DNA from: Candidatus Fermentibacterota bacterium
GTDB taxonomy: Bacteria; Fermentibacterota; Fermentibacteria; Fermentibacterales; Fermentibacteraceae
Length of the DNA stretch: 64,000 nt
Direction of reading: 5' to 3'
Assembly (NCBI GenBank): GCA_963718745.1
Contig: OY970370.1
Location: 1,547,566-1,611,565 of the forward strand
The notes beneath the pieces are model-generated. The model was given only the letters and a program-made list of their open reading frames with translations, had not been told where the DNA came from and made no database searches. How positions within the stretch are numbered: position 1 is the first letter of the stretch; each line of letters opens with the position of its first letter. Positions 40,467 to 49,745 of this stretch are shown here, piece by piece. The translations under genes were made by a program, and so were the position numbers.

Positions 40467-42455
40467 TCAGAGCTTCCACGCCAGCAGTGCGAAGAGCGCC
40501 GCGACGATGTAGAGGATGTAGAGGTTCACCCTGCCGTGCTGTATCACCCTGAATCGGGAGAAGACGCGCTCCAGGGCGGAGAAGACGGGTCTGTACAGCC
40601 CGTCCTGATAGACATCCGGCGTCTCGGTGGAGAAGGAGGATTCCGCCGGGAACAGGCCGTCCGGTTCCACGAAGCTCCTGCGCCTCCGGAGGATTCCTCC
40701 GAAGAGGCGGACGATCGGCTCGGCGAATGACGACGCAGTGTACTGCATCGACGGGGCGGGCGACCGGAATCCGCAGCCCCAGGTGGGCGCGACGGCAGTT
40801 GTGCGCCTCCTGAGGATTGCCGTCCTCGCCCAGTAGATCGCCGCCGATGCCAGTATCAGGGCGCCCGAGAAGAGTGCGGCCGCCGTCAGGGCATCTCCGG
40901 GCTGCCCCGCCGGTCCGGCGGCGCTGCCGAAGCCCGTGACGAGCCCGGACACGACGGGGCGCAGGAAACCCGCCATGAAGCGGCCCGAGAGGCCGAGCAG
41001 CAGGCAGAGAGAAGCGAGGACCGTCATCGGGAGCCGCATCGAAAGAGGGGTTTCCCCGGCTCTCGACGCGCAGGCGCTGCGCGGCTCCCCGAGGAAGACT
41101 ATGCCGAAGGCCTTCGTGAAGCAGGCCAGGGCGAGGCCGCCCGTCAGGGCCAGGCCGCCCGCGGCCAGCAGGCCGGCCGTGGCACCTGCATGCGAGGAGG
41201 CTGCCGCCTGTGTGATGCCGGAGAATGCGGACAGGTAGACGAGCAGCTCGCTCGCGAATCCGTTGAAGGGCGGCAGCCCGCAGATCGCTATGCTGCCCGC
41301 GAGGAAGCAGATGCCCGTGACCGGCATCGTCCTGAGAAGGCCTCCGAGGTGGTCCAGCTCGCGGGTGCCGGTCTGCTTCAGCACCGCTCCGGCCCCCATG
41401 AACAGGAGGCTCTTGAACAGGGCGTGGTTTATGACGTGGAAGAGGCCTCCCGCGAAGCCGAGGAAGGCCATTGCAGGTATGTCGTAGCTGATCCCGAGGA
41501 AGCCTAGCCCGAGGCCCATCCCGATGATCCCGATGTTCTCCACGCTGTGGTAGGCGAGAAGGCGCTTGAGATCGTGCTGTGCGATGGCCGAGAGCACGCC
41601 GACCAGCGCCGAGACCATGCCGGACAGCAGGAGCACCCATCCCCACCAGGGAGGCGGGGGGCCCAGGAACAGGAGGAAGCGGAGGAGCCCGTATATCCCT
41701 GTCTTGATCATCACGCCGCTCATCACCGCGGACACTCCCGAGGGGGCCGAGGGATGCGCCTCGGGGAGCCAGACATGGAGGGGGACGAATCCCGCCTTGG
41801 TGCCGAAGCCTGCGAAGGCCAGCACGAACGCGACTCCTGCGGGACCCCCCGCCGGCAGGGCGAGCCTAGAGAAATCCAGCGAACCGCCACGGCCCAGGAT
41901 GGCGAACAGAGCAAGCAGGCAGGCTGTGCCGAGGTGTGTGGCTACGAGGTAGATCCAGCCGGATCTCCGGACATCGCCCTCGACGGCGTCGTGCATGACC
42001 AGGAAGAAAGACGCGATGGCCATGACCTCCCAGCCGAGGAGGAACAGGAGCGCGTTCCTGGAGACGGTGACGAGCAGCATCCCGAAGGCGAGCAGGTTGA
42101 AGAATCCCCAGTAACCGGCCCGGTGCCTGCCCGTCCCCGCCGGGCGCCCGAGGTATCCGATGCTGTAGACGGCCGCAAGGGACGAGACCAGCAGGATGGG
42201 GATCGTGAACAGGGCGGACAGAGGATCCATGCCCAGGACCAGCCCGCCCGACGGCATGTCCCAGGGGATGACCGAGGATTCTACCGGGCCATCGAAGAAT
42301 GCGAGGATGGCGGCGGCGATGCCCGGGAGGCTGCCTGCCACGGCCGCGATCGGACCTGCCGTCCTCGAGGCTCCGAACCTGTCGGGGATGGCGAAGGAGA
42401 CCAGAGCCCCGGCCAGGAATGTGCAGAGTGACGCGACTAGCAGTCCGATGATCAT
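40467..42455 (-). CDS. HyfB/HycC/NuoL-like antiporter-type membrane subunit
   Basis: 662 aa; conserved NuoL-family segments (LGWEVMAIASFFLV, FGTKAGFVPLHVWLPEAHPSAPS, HALFKSLLFMGAGAV). Confidence 0.85.
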   Translation of the reverse strand: MIIGLLVASLCTFLAGALVSFAIPDRFGASRTAGPIAAVAGSLPGIAAAILAFFDGPVESSVIPWDMPSGGLVLGMDPLSALFTIPILLVSSLAAVYSIGYLGRPAGTGRHRAGYWGFFNLLAFGMLLVTVSRNALLFLLGWEVMAIASFFLVMHDAVEGDVRRSGWIYLVATHLGTACLLALFAILGRGGSLDFSRLALPAGGPAGVAFVLAFAGFGTKAGFVPLHVWLPEAHPSAPSGVSAVMSGVMIKTGIYGLLRFLLFLGPPPPWWGWVLLLSGMVSALVGVLSAIAQHDLKRLLAYHSVENIGIIGMGLGLGFLGISYDIPAMAFLGFAGGLFHVINHALFKSLLFMGAGAVLKQTGTRELDHLGGLLRTMPVTGICFLAGSIAICGLPPFNGFASELLVYLSAFSGITQAAASSHAGATAGLLAAGGLALTGGLALACFTKAFGIVFLGEPRSACASRAGETPLSMRLPMTVLASLCLLLGLSGRFMAGFLRPVVSGLVTGFGSAAGPAGQPGDALTAAALFSGALILASAAIYWARTAILRRRTTAVAPTWGCGFRSPAPSMQYTASSFAEPIVRLFGGILRRRRSFVEPDGLFPAESSFSTETPDVYQDGLYRPVFSALERVFSRFRVIQHGRVNLYILYIVAALFALLAWKL

Positions 42456-42463
42456 CGCTGGCT

Positions 42464-43165
42464 CTACCGGCGCTTGTCCTGCGCCCGCGAGAGGAGCATG
42501 CCGTCGACCAGGGCGGCCTGCTCGAGGATCTCCGGTTCGGGGCAGCGCCTGGAGACCGATTCGATGAACGGAGGCTGTCTGAGTGCGAAGGCCAGCCTGG
42601 AGAGGAGGTCGAGATGCGAGTTGACCGTCGGGCTTATCATCATGAAGAGGGTGTCGACAGGCCTGCCGTCGAGGGCTCCGAACTCTATCCCGCGCTCCAG
42701 GAAGGAGAGCGTGATGATCGGCCGGGGTATGTCCAGGACGATCGGATTGCGCACGTGGGGGATGGCTATCCCGTCCCCGATGCCCGTCGAGGCGAGGGCT
42801 TCACGGGCTTCGAGGATCTGCAGGAGGTACTTCCTGTCCGCGCTTTCCGGAACGGGCATCAGGGCTAGCGTCGCTTCGAGGACCGAGTGGCGGTCGCCGC
42901 CGGTTACGCCGTACCGGATTCCTCCGGCCTGGAGGGCGTCCCGGAGACCCCACGCCCCGGCCGGGTCATCCGATCCAGCCCCGGAGAAGAGCCCGGAGGC
43001 GAGGGGGATCTGCCTGCGCGTGGCCCACTCCAGAAGCTCGGTGCGGTTGAAGCGGTACTGCCCGCCCACCTTGACCGCGGGCAGGGCATCCTCGCGTATC
43101 CAGCGGAGGAGGGTCTTCTCCGGCACCCCCATGATCCCCGCGGCCTCTCTCATCCCAAGCTGCAT
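42464..43165 (-). CDS. MerR/excisionase-type HTH fused to PTS EIIA(Ntr)-like domain, putative regulator
   Basis: Start MQLGMREAAGIMGVPEKTLLRWIRE (HTH); C-terminal EIIA-2-like region with GIAIPH; ends 8 nt before the first gene of the hyf-like operon. Confidence 0.65.
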   Translation of the reverse strand: MQLGMREAAGIMGVPEKTLLRWIREDALPAVKVGGQYRFNRTELLEWATRRQIPLASGLFSGAGSDDPAGAWGLRDALQAGGIRYGVTGGDRHSVLEATLALMPVPESADRKYLLQILEAREALASTGIGDGIAIPHVRNPIVLDIPRPIITLSFLERGIEFGALDGRPVDTLFMMISPTVNSHLDLLSRLAFALRQPPFIESVSRRCPEPEILEQAALVDGMLLSRAQDKRR

Positions 43166-43167
43166 GG

Positions 43168-43196
43168 CACCAGTTCCTGGTTTAAAATAGCTTGAA
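43168..43196. promoter_or_regulatory. conserved 29-bp intergenic motif (copy 2)
   Basis: Differs at three positions from 2602..2630; abuts the start codon of the MerR-EIIA gene. Confidence 0.35.
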
Positions 43197-43379
43197 AACG
43201 GTCGGTAAAATATTGATGGGCAGAGAGATGAGAGAAAAACAGATCTGGCTGCGTCTCTCCGCTCGAACTGCCATATAACTAACCGTACTCCGGGTCTGCT
43301 GCAAGGTCGAACAAGGCCCATTCCTGGTTTCAGATCCCTCATTCCGGCTGAGCCGGAATGAGCAGGTAGCACATCAGCA

Positions 43380-43860
43380 TGGTTCAAAAAGGAAGGACGC
43401 TCGGGCCCTCTCGCGGTTCGCCACTCCAGTTCCGCGAGGCGGAACTGGTAGGTAGCACGACAGCATGGTTCCCGGAGGGAACCTGCGAAAGTGCGTGCAA
43501 GTCGTTATAGAGGTCGCTCGGAGCCCTCTCGCGGCTCGCCTCTTCCGGCTGATGCTCTGTGAGCTGGCGAGCCACTGACGGGCCAGGTCGTTCCTGCGCT
43601 TGCAGGAACGACCGATGCGAGTGTGCGTGCATGTGTTATAGAGGTTCGCTCGGGCCCTTTCGCGGCTCGCCTCTCCGGAATGTTCTTGATCTGGCGAGCC
43701 ACTGACGGGCCATGTCATTCCCGCGGACGCGGAGTTGATGGAAGCCCTGCGGGCTCGTTTGAGGAAGATCGCCCGGGTCCTCTCGTTATCCGCCAGACGT
43801 CTTGAACAACGGATGGCGGATAACTGTCGGACCTGGTCATTCCTGCCCGTGCAGGAATGA
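43380..43860. repeat. mosaic hairpin-rich repeat block, copy E, directly downstream of tRNA-Ser
   Basis: Tandem ~130-bp units sharing blocks with copy C; perfect hairpin GGTCATTCCTGC-CCGT-GCAGGAATGACC abutting the tRNA-Ser 3' end, plus variants with compensatory stem changes. Confidence 0.65.
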
Positions 43861-43863
43861 CCG

Positions 43864-43956
43864 TGGCGGAGAGGGAGGGATTCGAACCCTCGGATAGGTG
43901 ATAAGCCCATCAACCGCTTAGCAGGCGGTTGCCTTCAGCCTCTCGGCCACCTCTCC
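43864..43956 (-). tRNA. tRNA-Ser (anticodon GCU)
   Basis: Revcomp GGAGAGGTGGCCGAGAGGCTGAAGGCAACCGCCTGCTAAGCGGTT...GAGGGTTCGAATCCCTCCCTCTCCGCCA with long variable arm; CCA encoded. Confidence 0.9.
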
Positions 43957-44103
43957 GCATGGTCGGTGATTATCGGCCGGGAGTGCCGGACAGTCAAGCT
44001 GTGATCCAGCCGCGTCGGCACCGCTGCGCCGCTGCATCGGGGCGATATCCGTTTTGAGTATAGTCCGTACCTGCACGGACGGACGATCCGGGGGAGGTGA
44101 CGG

Positions 44104-45417
44104 ATGCCGAGGATCGACAGGCTTGTGATCGGGATATTCGGGAGGATCAACGCCGGCAAGAGCACGCTCATGAATCTCCTCACCCAGCAGGAGACCTCGA
44201 TAGTTGATCCGACCCCCGGGACGACGGCGGATATCAAGACCGCCGTAATGGAGATCCACTCGCTCGGTCCCGCGCGGCTGCTCGACACCGCGGGCCTCGA
44301 CGAGAAGGGGGAGCTCGGCGACAAGAAGCGCCGGAAGGGTTTCGCCGCGCTCGAGGAATGCGACGTCGCCCTGCTCGTGATCGATCCGATCCAGACCTTC
44401 CTGTCCAATACCCTCGATGTGGAGGAGACCATCGGCAATGCCGCACGGAGGCACGGAAGGGCTCTCGCCGTCGTCTTCAACATCAGGCGGGGATCGGAGC
44501 GGGCGGCGGAGGATGCCGGGACGAGCCTGGGTGATGCGATCGAGTTCTGCCGGACCGCGCTGCCCGACAGGGCGGCCGTTCCGTCCTGTACCACCGACCT
44601 GGCCGACCCGTCGGCGCTCTCCGGGATAGTGAGCCTTATCGAGCGGGCGCGCCCGGCTGCCGACGCGCACCCGCCTCTCCTGCCTTTCATCAGGCCGCGC
44701 GGAGCGGTGCTCCTTCACATCCCCATGGACGAGGAGACCCCGTCGGGCAGGCTCCTGCGGCCCCAGGAGATGGCGATGGAGCACCTCCTGAGGATGATGG
44801 TCCCCGTGGGTCTCTACCGGACCGACCTCAGGCTGGGGCGGAGTTCCACCGAGTCGCTGGCTGCCGCCGAGAGGCGGAAGTTCGAGGCCTTTCTCGGATC
44901 CCTCGGTGGAGACCAGGGAGTCCAGCTCGTCCTCACCGACTCCCAGGCGGTCGACCTGATGAAGGACTGGGTCCCCCGGGACATCCCCCTGACCACCTTC
45001 TCGATAATGATGATCAACCAGACCGCAGGCGGGGATCTGGCGCTCTTCGCGAAGGGCACGGAGGCGCTGGGGCGGCTCGTGCCGGGCGACCGGGTGCTGA
45101 TCGTGGAGGCCTGCAACCACGACCGGATGGCCGAGGACATCGGCACGGTCCAGATCCCGGCAAAGCTCCAGGCTGCAGTTCCAGGCCTGGAGATCGACCA
45201 CGCATTCGGGCGGGAGTTCCCTGATCCGGCCGGTCTGTCACGCTACAGCGTTGCCGTGCATTGCGGAGGCTGTATGATTAGCCGTCAGGCCGCCTCCGCC
45301 AGGGTCAGGAGGCTCGTCGAGGCGGGCGTGCCCGTCACCAACTACGGCCTGGCCCTGTCCTGGTTCGAGGGTCCTGAAGTCCTCGCCAGAGTCCTTGCGC
45401 CCTGGACCGAAAGGTAG
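44104..45417 (+). CDS. hydF: [FeFe]-hydrogenase maturation GTPase HydF
   Basis: G1 motif GRINAGKST and G3 DTAG; HydF-specific C-terminus (LTTFSI, EACNHDRMAEDIGTVQIP, VHCGGCMISR, TNYG). Confidence 0.8.
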   Translation: MPRIDRLVIGIFGRINAGKSTLMNLLTQQETSIVDPTPGTTADIKTAVMEIHSLGPARLLDTAGLDEKGELGDKKRRKGFAALEECDVALLVIDPIQTFLSNTLDVEETIGNAARRHGRALAVVFNIRRGSERAAEDAGTSLGDAIEFCRTALPDRAAVPSCTTDLADPSALSGIVSLIERARPAADAHPPLLPFIRPRGAVLLHIPMDEETPSGRLLRPQEMAMEHLLRMMVPVGLYRTDLRLGRSSTESLAAAERRKFEAFLGSLGGDQGVQLVLTDSQAVDLMKDWVPRDIPLTTFSIMMINQTAGGDLALFAKGTEALGRLVPGDRVLIVEACNHDRMAEDIGTVQIPAKLQAAVPGLEIDHAFGREFPDPAGLSRYSVAVHCGGCMISRQAASARVRRLVEAGVPVTNYGLALSWFEGPEVLARVLAPWTER

Positions 45418-45427
45418 GTTTCGCGGA

Positions 45428-45688
45428 ATGAGACTCCTACACGCGTCAGCCATCGTCACGGCAATGTGCCTTCTCTGCGCGTGCGGCGGGGGACCGGCGG
45501 AGGAAGCCGCCGTAGAGACCGGAACCACCCCGGGGGCCGAGGCCGTCCAGGTTGTACAGACCCAGGAAGTCCTGACCTCCACGCCCGTTCCGGCGCCCTT
45601 CACAGGCGCGATAGGCGAAGCCAGGGAGACGGCCGCAGCCGCCAACGCCCACGTGCAGGCCATCGATTCCATAATGAGCGGCCAGTGA
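45428..45688 (+). CDS. small hypothetical lipoprotein
   Basis: MRLLHASAIVTAMCLLCACGGG lipobox; Ala/Thr-rich. Confidence 0.5.
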   Translation: MRLLHASAIVTAMCLLCACGGGPAEEAAVETGTTPGAEAVQVVQTQEVLTSTPVPAPFTGAIGEARETAAAANAHVQAIDSIMSGQ

Positions 45689-46962
45689 GGGCCCTCGCGG
45701 CCGCGATCCTGCTGCTGCCGGCCCTTGCCGCCGCGGTGCCGGTACATCATCTGGGGCCTCTGTCAGACCAGTTCGACGTCATAGCCGTGTTCCTGCCGGG
45801 CGGGCAGCCCCCTGCAAGCCCCTGGCAGGGCATCTCGGACGATTTCAGGGAGCGCTTCTGGACCCTCGGATGCCAGGGGTTCCTGATCCAGAGAACGGCC
45901 TGGTGCGCCTACCTGGCGGTCACTCCGGCAGGCACGGCAGACCTGTTCCTCGAGGAGATGGCCGGTCTGGGCGACTCGGCCGTCATTAGCGACACGTCGA
46001 TCTGGGCAGGTTTCCTCCAGCTCGAGCCCGTCAACGACGACAGCGCCCTGGCCGTGGTCTGGCACGCCTGCGACGAGCCGTCGCAGCCTCCGACGATCCC
46101 GCTCAGGGGAAGCCGCTGGCTCGCCTCCGGCAGTGATACCCTGATCTCCAACGGACCGTGGAGCACGAGCACATTCCTGTGGACCCGGGATGCCTCGGAA
46201 CAGGCCAGCTACGACGGAGCCTGGAGAGGATCGGGGACCGAGATCGTACCCGTCGGACCTGATCGATCCGTGATCGTGAGCGTTCTGTGCTCCACCGGGA
46301 TGACTCCGGCCGAGCTGCAGTTCGCGGATGATGCCGGACACGATTGGGACGGCGAGTTCGGGAGGACCTGGACCCCGGTCTTCCAGGCGGTAGATGCCCT
46401 CGTTGCTGCATCCTGCCCGCCGGTCACAGGGCCGGCCAGCCTGCTCTGGCTCAAGGGATCCGGCGCGGGAGCGCCGTTCGAGCCCTGGAAGACAGCAGCC
46501 GCTCCACCTCCGCCGGCCAGGTCGCGATCGACCATCGCGCCCCCCGCGGGAATCAGCGGTTTCCAGCGCTCCTGCTCGATGCCTTCCGCACCCGGCATCT
46601 CGATGACGACGATCAGGTGCACAGGCGCATCAGCGGACGAGACCGCTGTATTTGCCGGTGTCTTCGAGAGGGTGCTCGCGCGCAGCGCCCTGCCGGAGCT
46701 CCCGGGGGCTGTCTCCGTGGCCGTCGATGCGGAGGGCGATTCGATAAGGGTATGGCTCGCGGCTGACTGCGAGGTAGATGCCACCGGACTCGCCGGGATG
46801 CTGCCCCGGCTTCTCGGCCCTACTGCGCTCTGCCCGCCCGAGAGCGAACTGGTGGCCAACGCTGCTCTGCGTGCCTCCATGCGCACCGGGAGGTTCGTCT
46901 CCACTCCGTCCCCCACCACGATGGTCCACATCCTGGCGGAGGTCCTGGGGCTGCTGGACTAG
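45685..46962 (+). CDS. hypothetical secreted protein
   Basis: GTG start overlapping the previous stop; signal MRALAAAILLLPALAAAVP. Confidence 0.6.
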   Translation: MRALAAAILLLPALAAAVPVHHLGPLSDQFDVIAVFLPGGQPPASPWQGISDDFRERFWTLGCQGFLIQRTAWCAYLAVTPAGTADLFLEEMAGLGDSAVISDTSIWAGFLQLEPVNDDSALAVVWHACDEPSQPPTIPLRGSRWLASGSDTLISNGPWSTSTFLWTRDASEQASYDGAWRGSGTEIVPVGPDRSVIVSVLCSTGMTPAELQFADDAGHDWDGEFGRTWTPVFQAVDALVAASCPPVTGPASLLWLKGSGAGAPFEPWKTAAAPPPPARSRSTIAPPAGISGFQRSCSMPSAPGISMTTIRCTGASADETAVFAGVFERVLARSALPELPGAVSVAVDAEGDSIRVWLAADCEVDATGLAGMLPRLLGPTALCPPESELVANAALRASMRTGRFVSTPSPTTMVHILAEVLGLLD

Positions 46963-47195
46963 GGTCTTCTTCCCCCGGCCGGCTTGCCGAGGAAGGCAGC
47001 CTTCACCCAGCTCCAGTTGAGGGCGAGGTGGACCAGGGCGAGCCCGATGAAAACGAGCCCCGCATTCGGGTGTACGGTTCTGAACAGGTCCGTATCGACC
47101 AGTCCTGCGCGCCTGCCAATTGCGGCCCCGGCTACGGCGACGAACGAGAGCAGCAGCAGGGGGTTCACGATCTTGAGAGCGGCCTGCTTCTTCAT
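46959..47195 (-). CDS. small hypothetical membrane protein
   Basis: Internal ATG with AAGGAGGAGG RBS; two predicted TM helices. Confidence 0.45.
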   Translation of the reverse strand: MKKQAALKIVNPLLLLSFVAVAGAAIGRRAGLVDTDLFRTVHPNAGLVFIGLALVHLALNWSWVKAAFLGKPAGGRRP

Positions 47196-47209
47196 GCGAT
47201 CCTCCTCCT

Positions 47210-47767
47210 TCAGGTGAGATCCTTCAGTGAACGCGAGATGATCCCGGCGATCTCCTGCGCGAGTCTTCGGGCCTCCGCCTCGTCCTGGAGCACGAGGAGG
47301 TCCTCCTCCCCGTCCATGGTCATCAGACGTATCACGAAGTGCTTCACGCCGGGCCTGCCCTCCCATCCGCCGTCCCTCGACGAGAGGACCATGTCGCGAA
47401 TCGCGGAGAAGGGTACGGAGACCCTCCTCGAGCCCCGGCCGGCCATGCCGCGGGTGAAGGAGACGATTCCGGCCGCGGGGTCGATCGTCGCTCCACCGAG
47501 CTTCCTTGCGAGCAGGACAGAAAAGACGACGCTGAAGAGCGTTATCGCGAGGAACGGCAGGATCATGAAGATCGGACCCCCGGGGAGCTCGTCTCCGCCT
47601 GCCCTCCCGGGGATGGAGCCCGGATTGCTGATGAATATCCCAAGGACGATCACCATGACCACGAGAGGGGGGATCATGGTGTGGATCCTGCGCTGCGATC
47701 CCGCCCCGCCCCCTTTCAGGTAGTACTTCCCGTCCCTGAATTCGAGAGTCGCCATCTCAGCCTCCAT
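47210..47767 (-). CDS. hypothetical membrane protein
   Basis: Two central TM helices with a cytoplasmic-looking C-terminal domain. Confidence 0.5.
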   Translation of the reverse strand: MEAEMATLEFRDGKYYLKGGGAGSQRRIHTMIPPLVVMVIVLGIFISNPGSIPGRAGGDELPGGPIFMILPFLAITLFSVVFSVLLARKLGGATIDPAAGIVSFTRGMAGRGSRRVSVPFSAIRDMVLSSRDGGWEGRPGVKHFVIRLMTMDGEEDLLVLQDEAEARRLAQEIAGIISRSLKDLT

Positions 47768-49745
47768 TGTTTCCGGGCGTCAGCCTCTCGTGCTCCTCCG
47801 CGAACCCGTTCCACCGGGCCTGGAGCCCGTGGACCCTGTCGGCCAGCCAGGCGTGCTCCTTCTGCAGCTCGACCACCCTCCGGCCGTCGGCGAGGACATC
47901 GGGATCGCACAGCGAGGCCTCGATGCACTTCTTCTTCTCCTCCAGCGGGATCAGCTCGCGTTCGACCCTCTGCATCCGCTTCTCGACCTCGAGCCTCTTC
48001 TTGTACAGCCTGTTGCGCTCCTCGGCCTCCGCCCGCTTCCTCTGCTTCTCGATGTCCCTCTGAGAAGGCCCCCTGGGCTCCTCGCGCCTCTCGGCGCCGA
48101 ACCCCGCCTCGAGCTGCTGCTGCTTCTTCTCCACATACCACGCGAACGTACCTGCGAAGGGTCTCACCCTTCCTCCCTCGACCTCGTAGATGGTCTCGAC
48201 CGTCGAGGAGAGCAGCTTCTCGTCGTGGCTTATCAGGATCAGCGTTCCCTTGTAGTCCGCCAGCGCCTCCTCGAGCACCTCGCGGGAGAAGATGTCGAGA
48301 TGGTTTGTGGGCTCGTCCAGGATGAGGAGGTTGAGGGGGGTCATCAGGATGCGGGCCAGCGCCACGCGGGACTTCTCGCCTCCGGAGAGCACCGAGGTCT
48401 TCTTGAAGGCCTCGTCGCCCGTGAAGAGGAACATGCCGAGATAGCTCCTGAGTTCGCCCTGGGACCGTTCGGGTGTGACGGCGGCAACCTGGTCCAGGAC
48501 TGTCAGTTCGCGGTCCAGCGCGAGCTCCACCTCCTGGGAGTAGTAGCCCATCAGGACCCCCGGCCCGGTCGTGACGGTTCCCGCGGTGGCGTCCTCCAGC
48601 CCGGCCATGATGCGCGAGAGGGTGGACTTGCCCTCGCCATTGCGCCCCACGACACCGATCCTGTCTCCCCGCCCGACTATCAGGTCGACGCCTGTGAAGA
48701 TCGTCCTCTCGTAGCTCTTGGCTATGCCCTTCAGCTCCAGCACCTTCTGGGGGCCTCTCGGCACCTCGGGGAAACGGATCCTCATGCGGGACGGGCTGCG
48801 GTGGGTCTCGATGACCTCCATGCGCTCCAGCATCTTCATCCGGCTCTGCACCAGGTTGCGCTTCTTGGGACTGCTGCGGAACTTGTTGATGAATCTCTCG
48901 TAGCGCTCCCGCTGGTCCGCCAGCAGACCCGCCTGCTTCTCGCGCTCCCGGATCTCTTCCCGCTTGAGCTCCTCGTATCGCGTGTAGCCGCCCCGGTACG
49001 AGGTCATCCGGCCGAACTCGATCTCGCATATGCGCTTCACGGTGCGGTCGAGGAAGGCCGGATCGTGCGAGATCATCCAGACGGCCCCCCCGAACGACTT
49101 GAGGTACTCCTCGAGCCAGAGACGCGCATCGAGGTCCAGATGGTTGGTGGGCTCGTCCAGGAGAAGCAGGTCCGGCTCCGCAAGCAGCAGGGCTGCAAGC
49201 TCCGCCCTCATCCTCCAGCCGCCGGAGAACTGGTCGAGCGGCTTGTCCATCTCCTCCTGCCTGAAGCCCAGCCCGCCGAGCAGCCGTGCTGCCCTGTGCT
49301 CGAGGTCGTAGAACCCGGCCGACTCGAGAACCGCCGAAGCACTTGCCAGTTCATGCAGTACGGCCTTTTCCTCCTCCTCGTCCAGCTCTCCCGAAAGGTC
49401 CTCGTGCAATCTGTGCTGGAGGGAGAGGGCTGTGCGGATCTCGTCCGAGTGGAACATGACCCTGCTGAGCAGAGGGCCGGAGGGGAACTCGGACATCTCC
49501 TGGGGCAGGTATCCGACCCGGGTCCCGCGAGCGACGACCAGAGTGCCTTCGGTGGGTTCGAGGAAGCCCCCCATCACCCTGAAAAGCGTCGTCTTGCCCG
49601 CTCCGTTCACGCCTACGAGGGCCGTCCGGTCGCCCCGTTCTATCGAGAAGTTCAATGCGGAGAATATCTCATCCTCGCCGAAGGACATTCCCAGATTGCC
49701 CGCGTGCAGGATCAAGTCAGGACCCCCTCCATGCCGGAACCCCAT
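47757..49745 (-). CDS. ABC-F family ATPase (tandem ABC domains, no TM domain)
   Basis: Two Walker A motifs (GVNGAGKTT, GRNGEGKST), signature LSGG motifs, and a charged linker/C-terminal coiled region. Confidence 0.9.
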   Translation of the reverse strand: MGFRHGGGPDLILHAGNLGMSFGEDEIFSALNFSIERGDRTALVGVNGAGKTTLFRVMGGFLEPTEGTLVVARGTRVGYLPQEMSEFPSGPLLSRVMFHSDEIRTALSLQHRLHEDLSGELDEEEEKAVLHELASASAVLESAGFYDLEHRAARLLGGLGFRQEEMDKPLDQFSGGWRMRAELAALLLAEPDLLLLDEPTNHLDLDARLWLEEYLKSFGGAVWMISHDPAFLDRTVKRICEIEFGRMTSYRGGYTRYEELKREEIREREKQAGLLADQRERYERFINKFRSSPKKRNLVQSRMKMLERMEVIETHRSPSRMRIRFPEVPRGPQKVLELKGIAKSYERTIFTGVDLIVGRGDRIGVVGRNGEGKSTLSRIMAGLEDATAGTVTTGPGVLMGYYSQEVELALDRELTVLDQVAAVTPERSQGELRSYLGMFLFTGDEAFKKTSVLSGGEKSRVALARILMTPLNLLILDEPTNHLDIFSREVLEEALADYKGTLILISHDEKLLSSTVETIYEVEGGRVRPFAGTFAWYVEKKQQQLEAGFGAERREEPRGPSQRDIEKQRKRAEAEERNRLYKKRLEVEKRMQRVERELIPLEEKKKCIEASLCDPDVLADGRRVVELQKEHAWLADRVHGLQARWNGFAEEHERLTPGNNGG

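Noticed and set aside
43918-45201. 427-aa minus-strand ORF
   Set aside because: Antisense to hydF, which carries unambiguous GTPase and HydF motifs.
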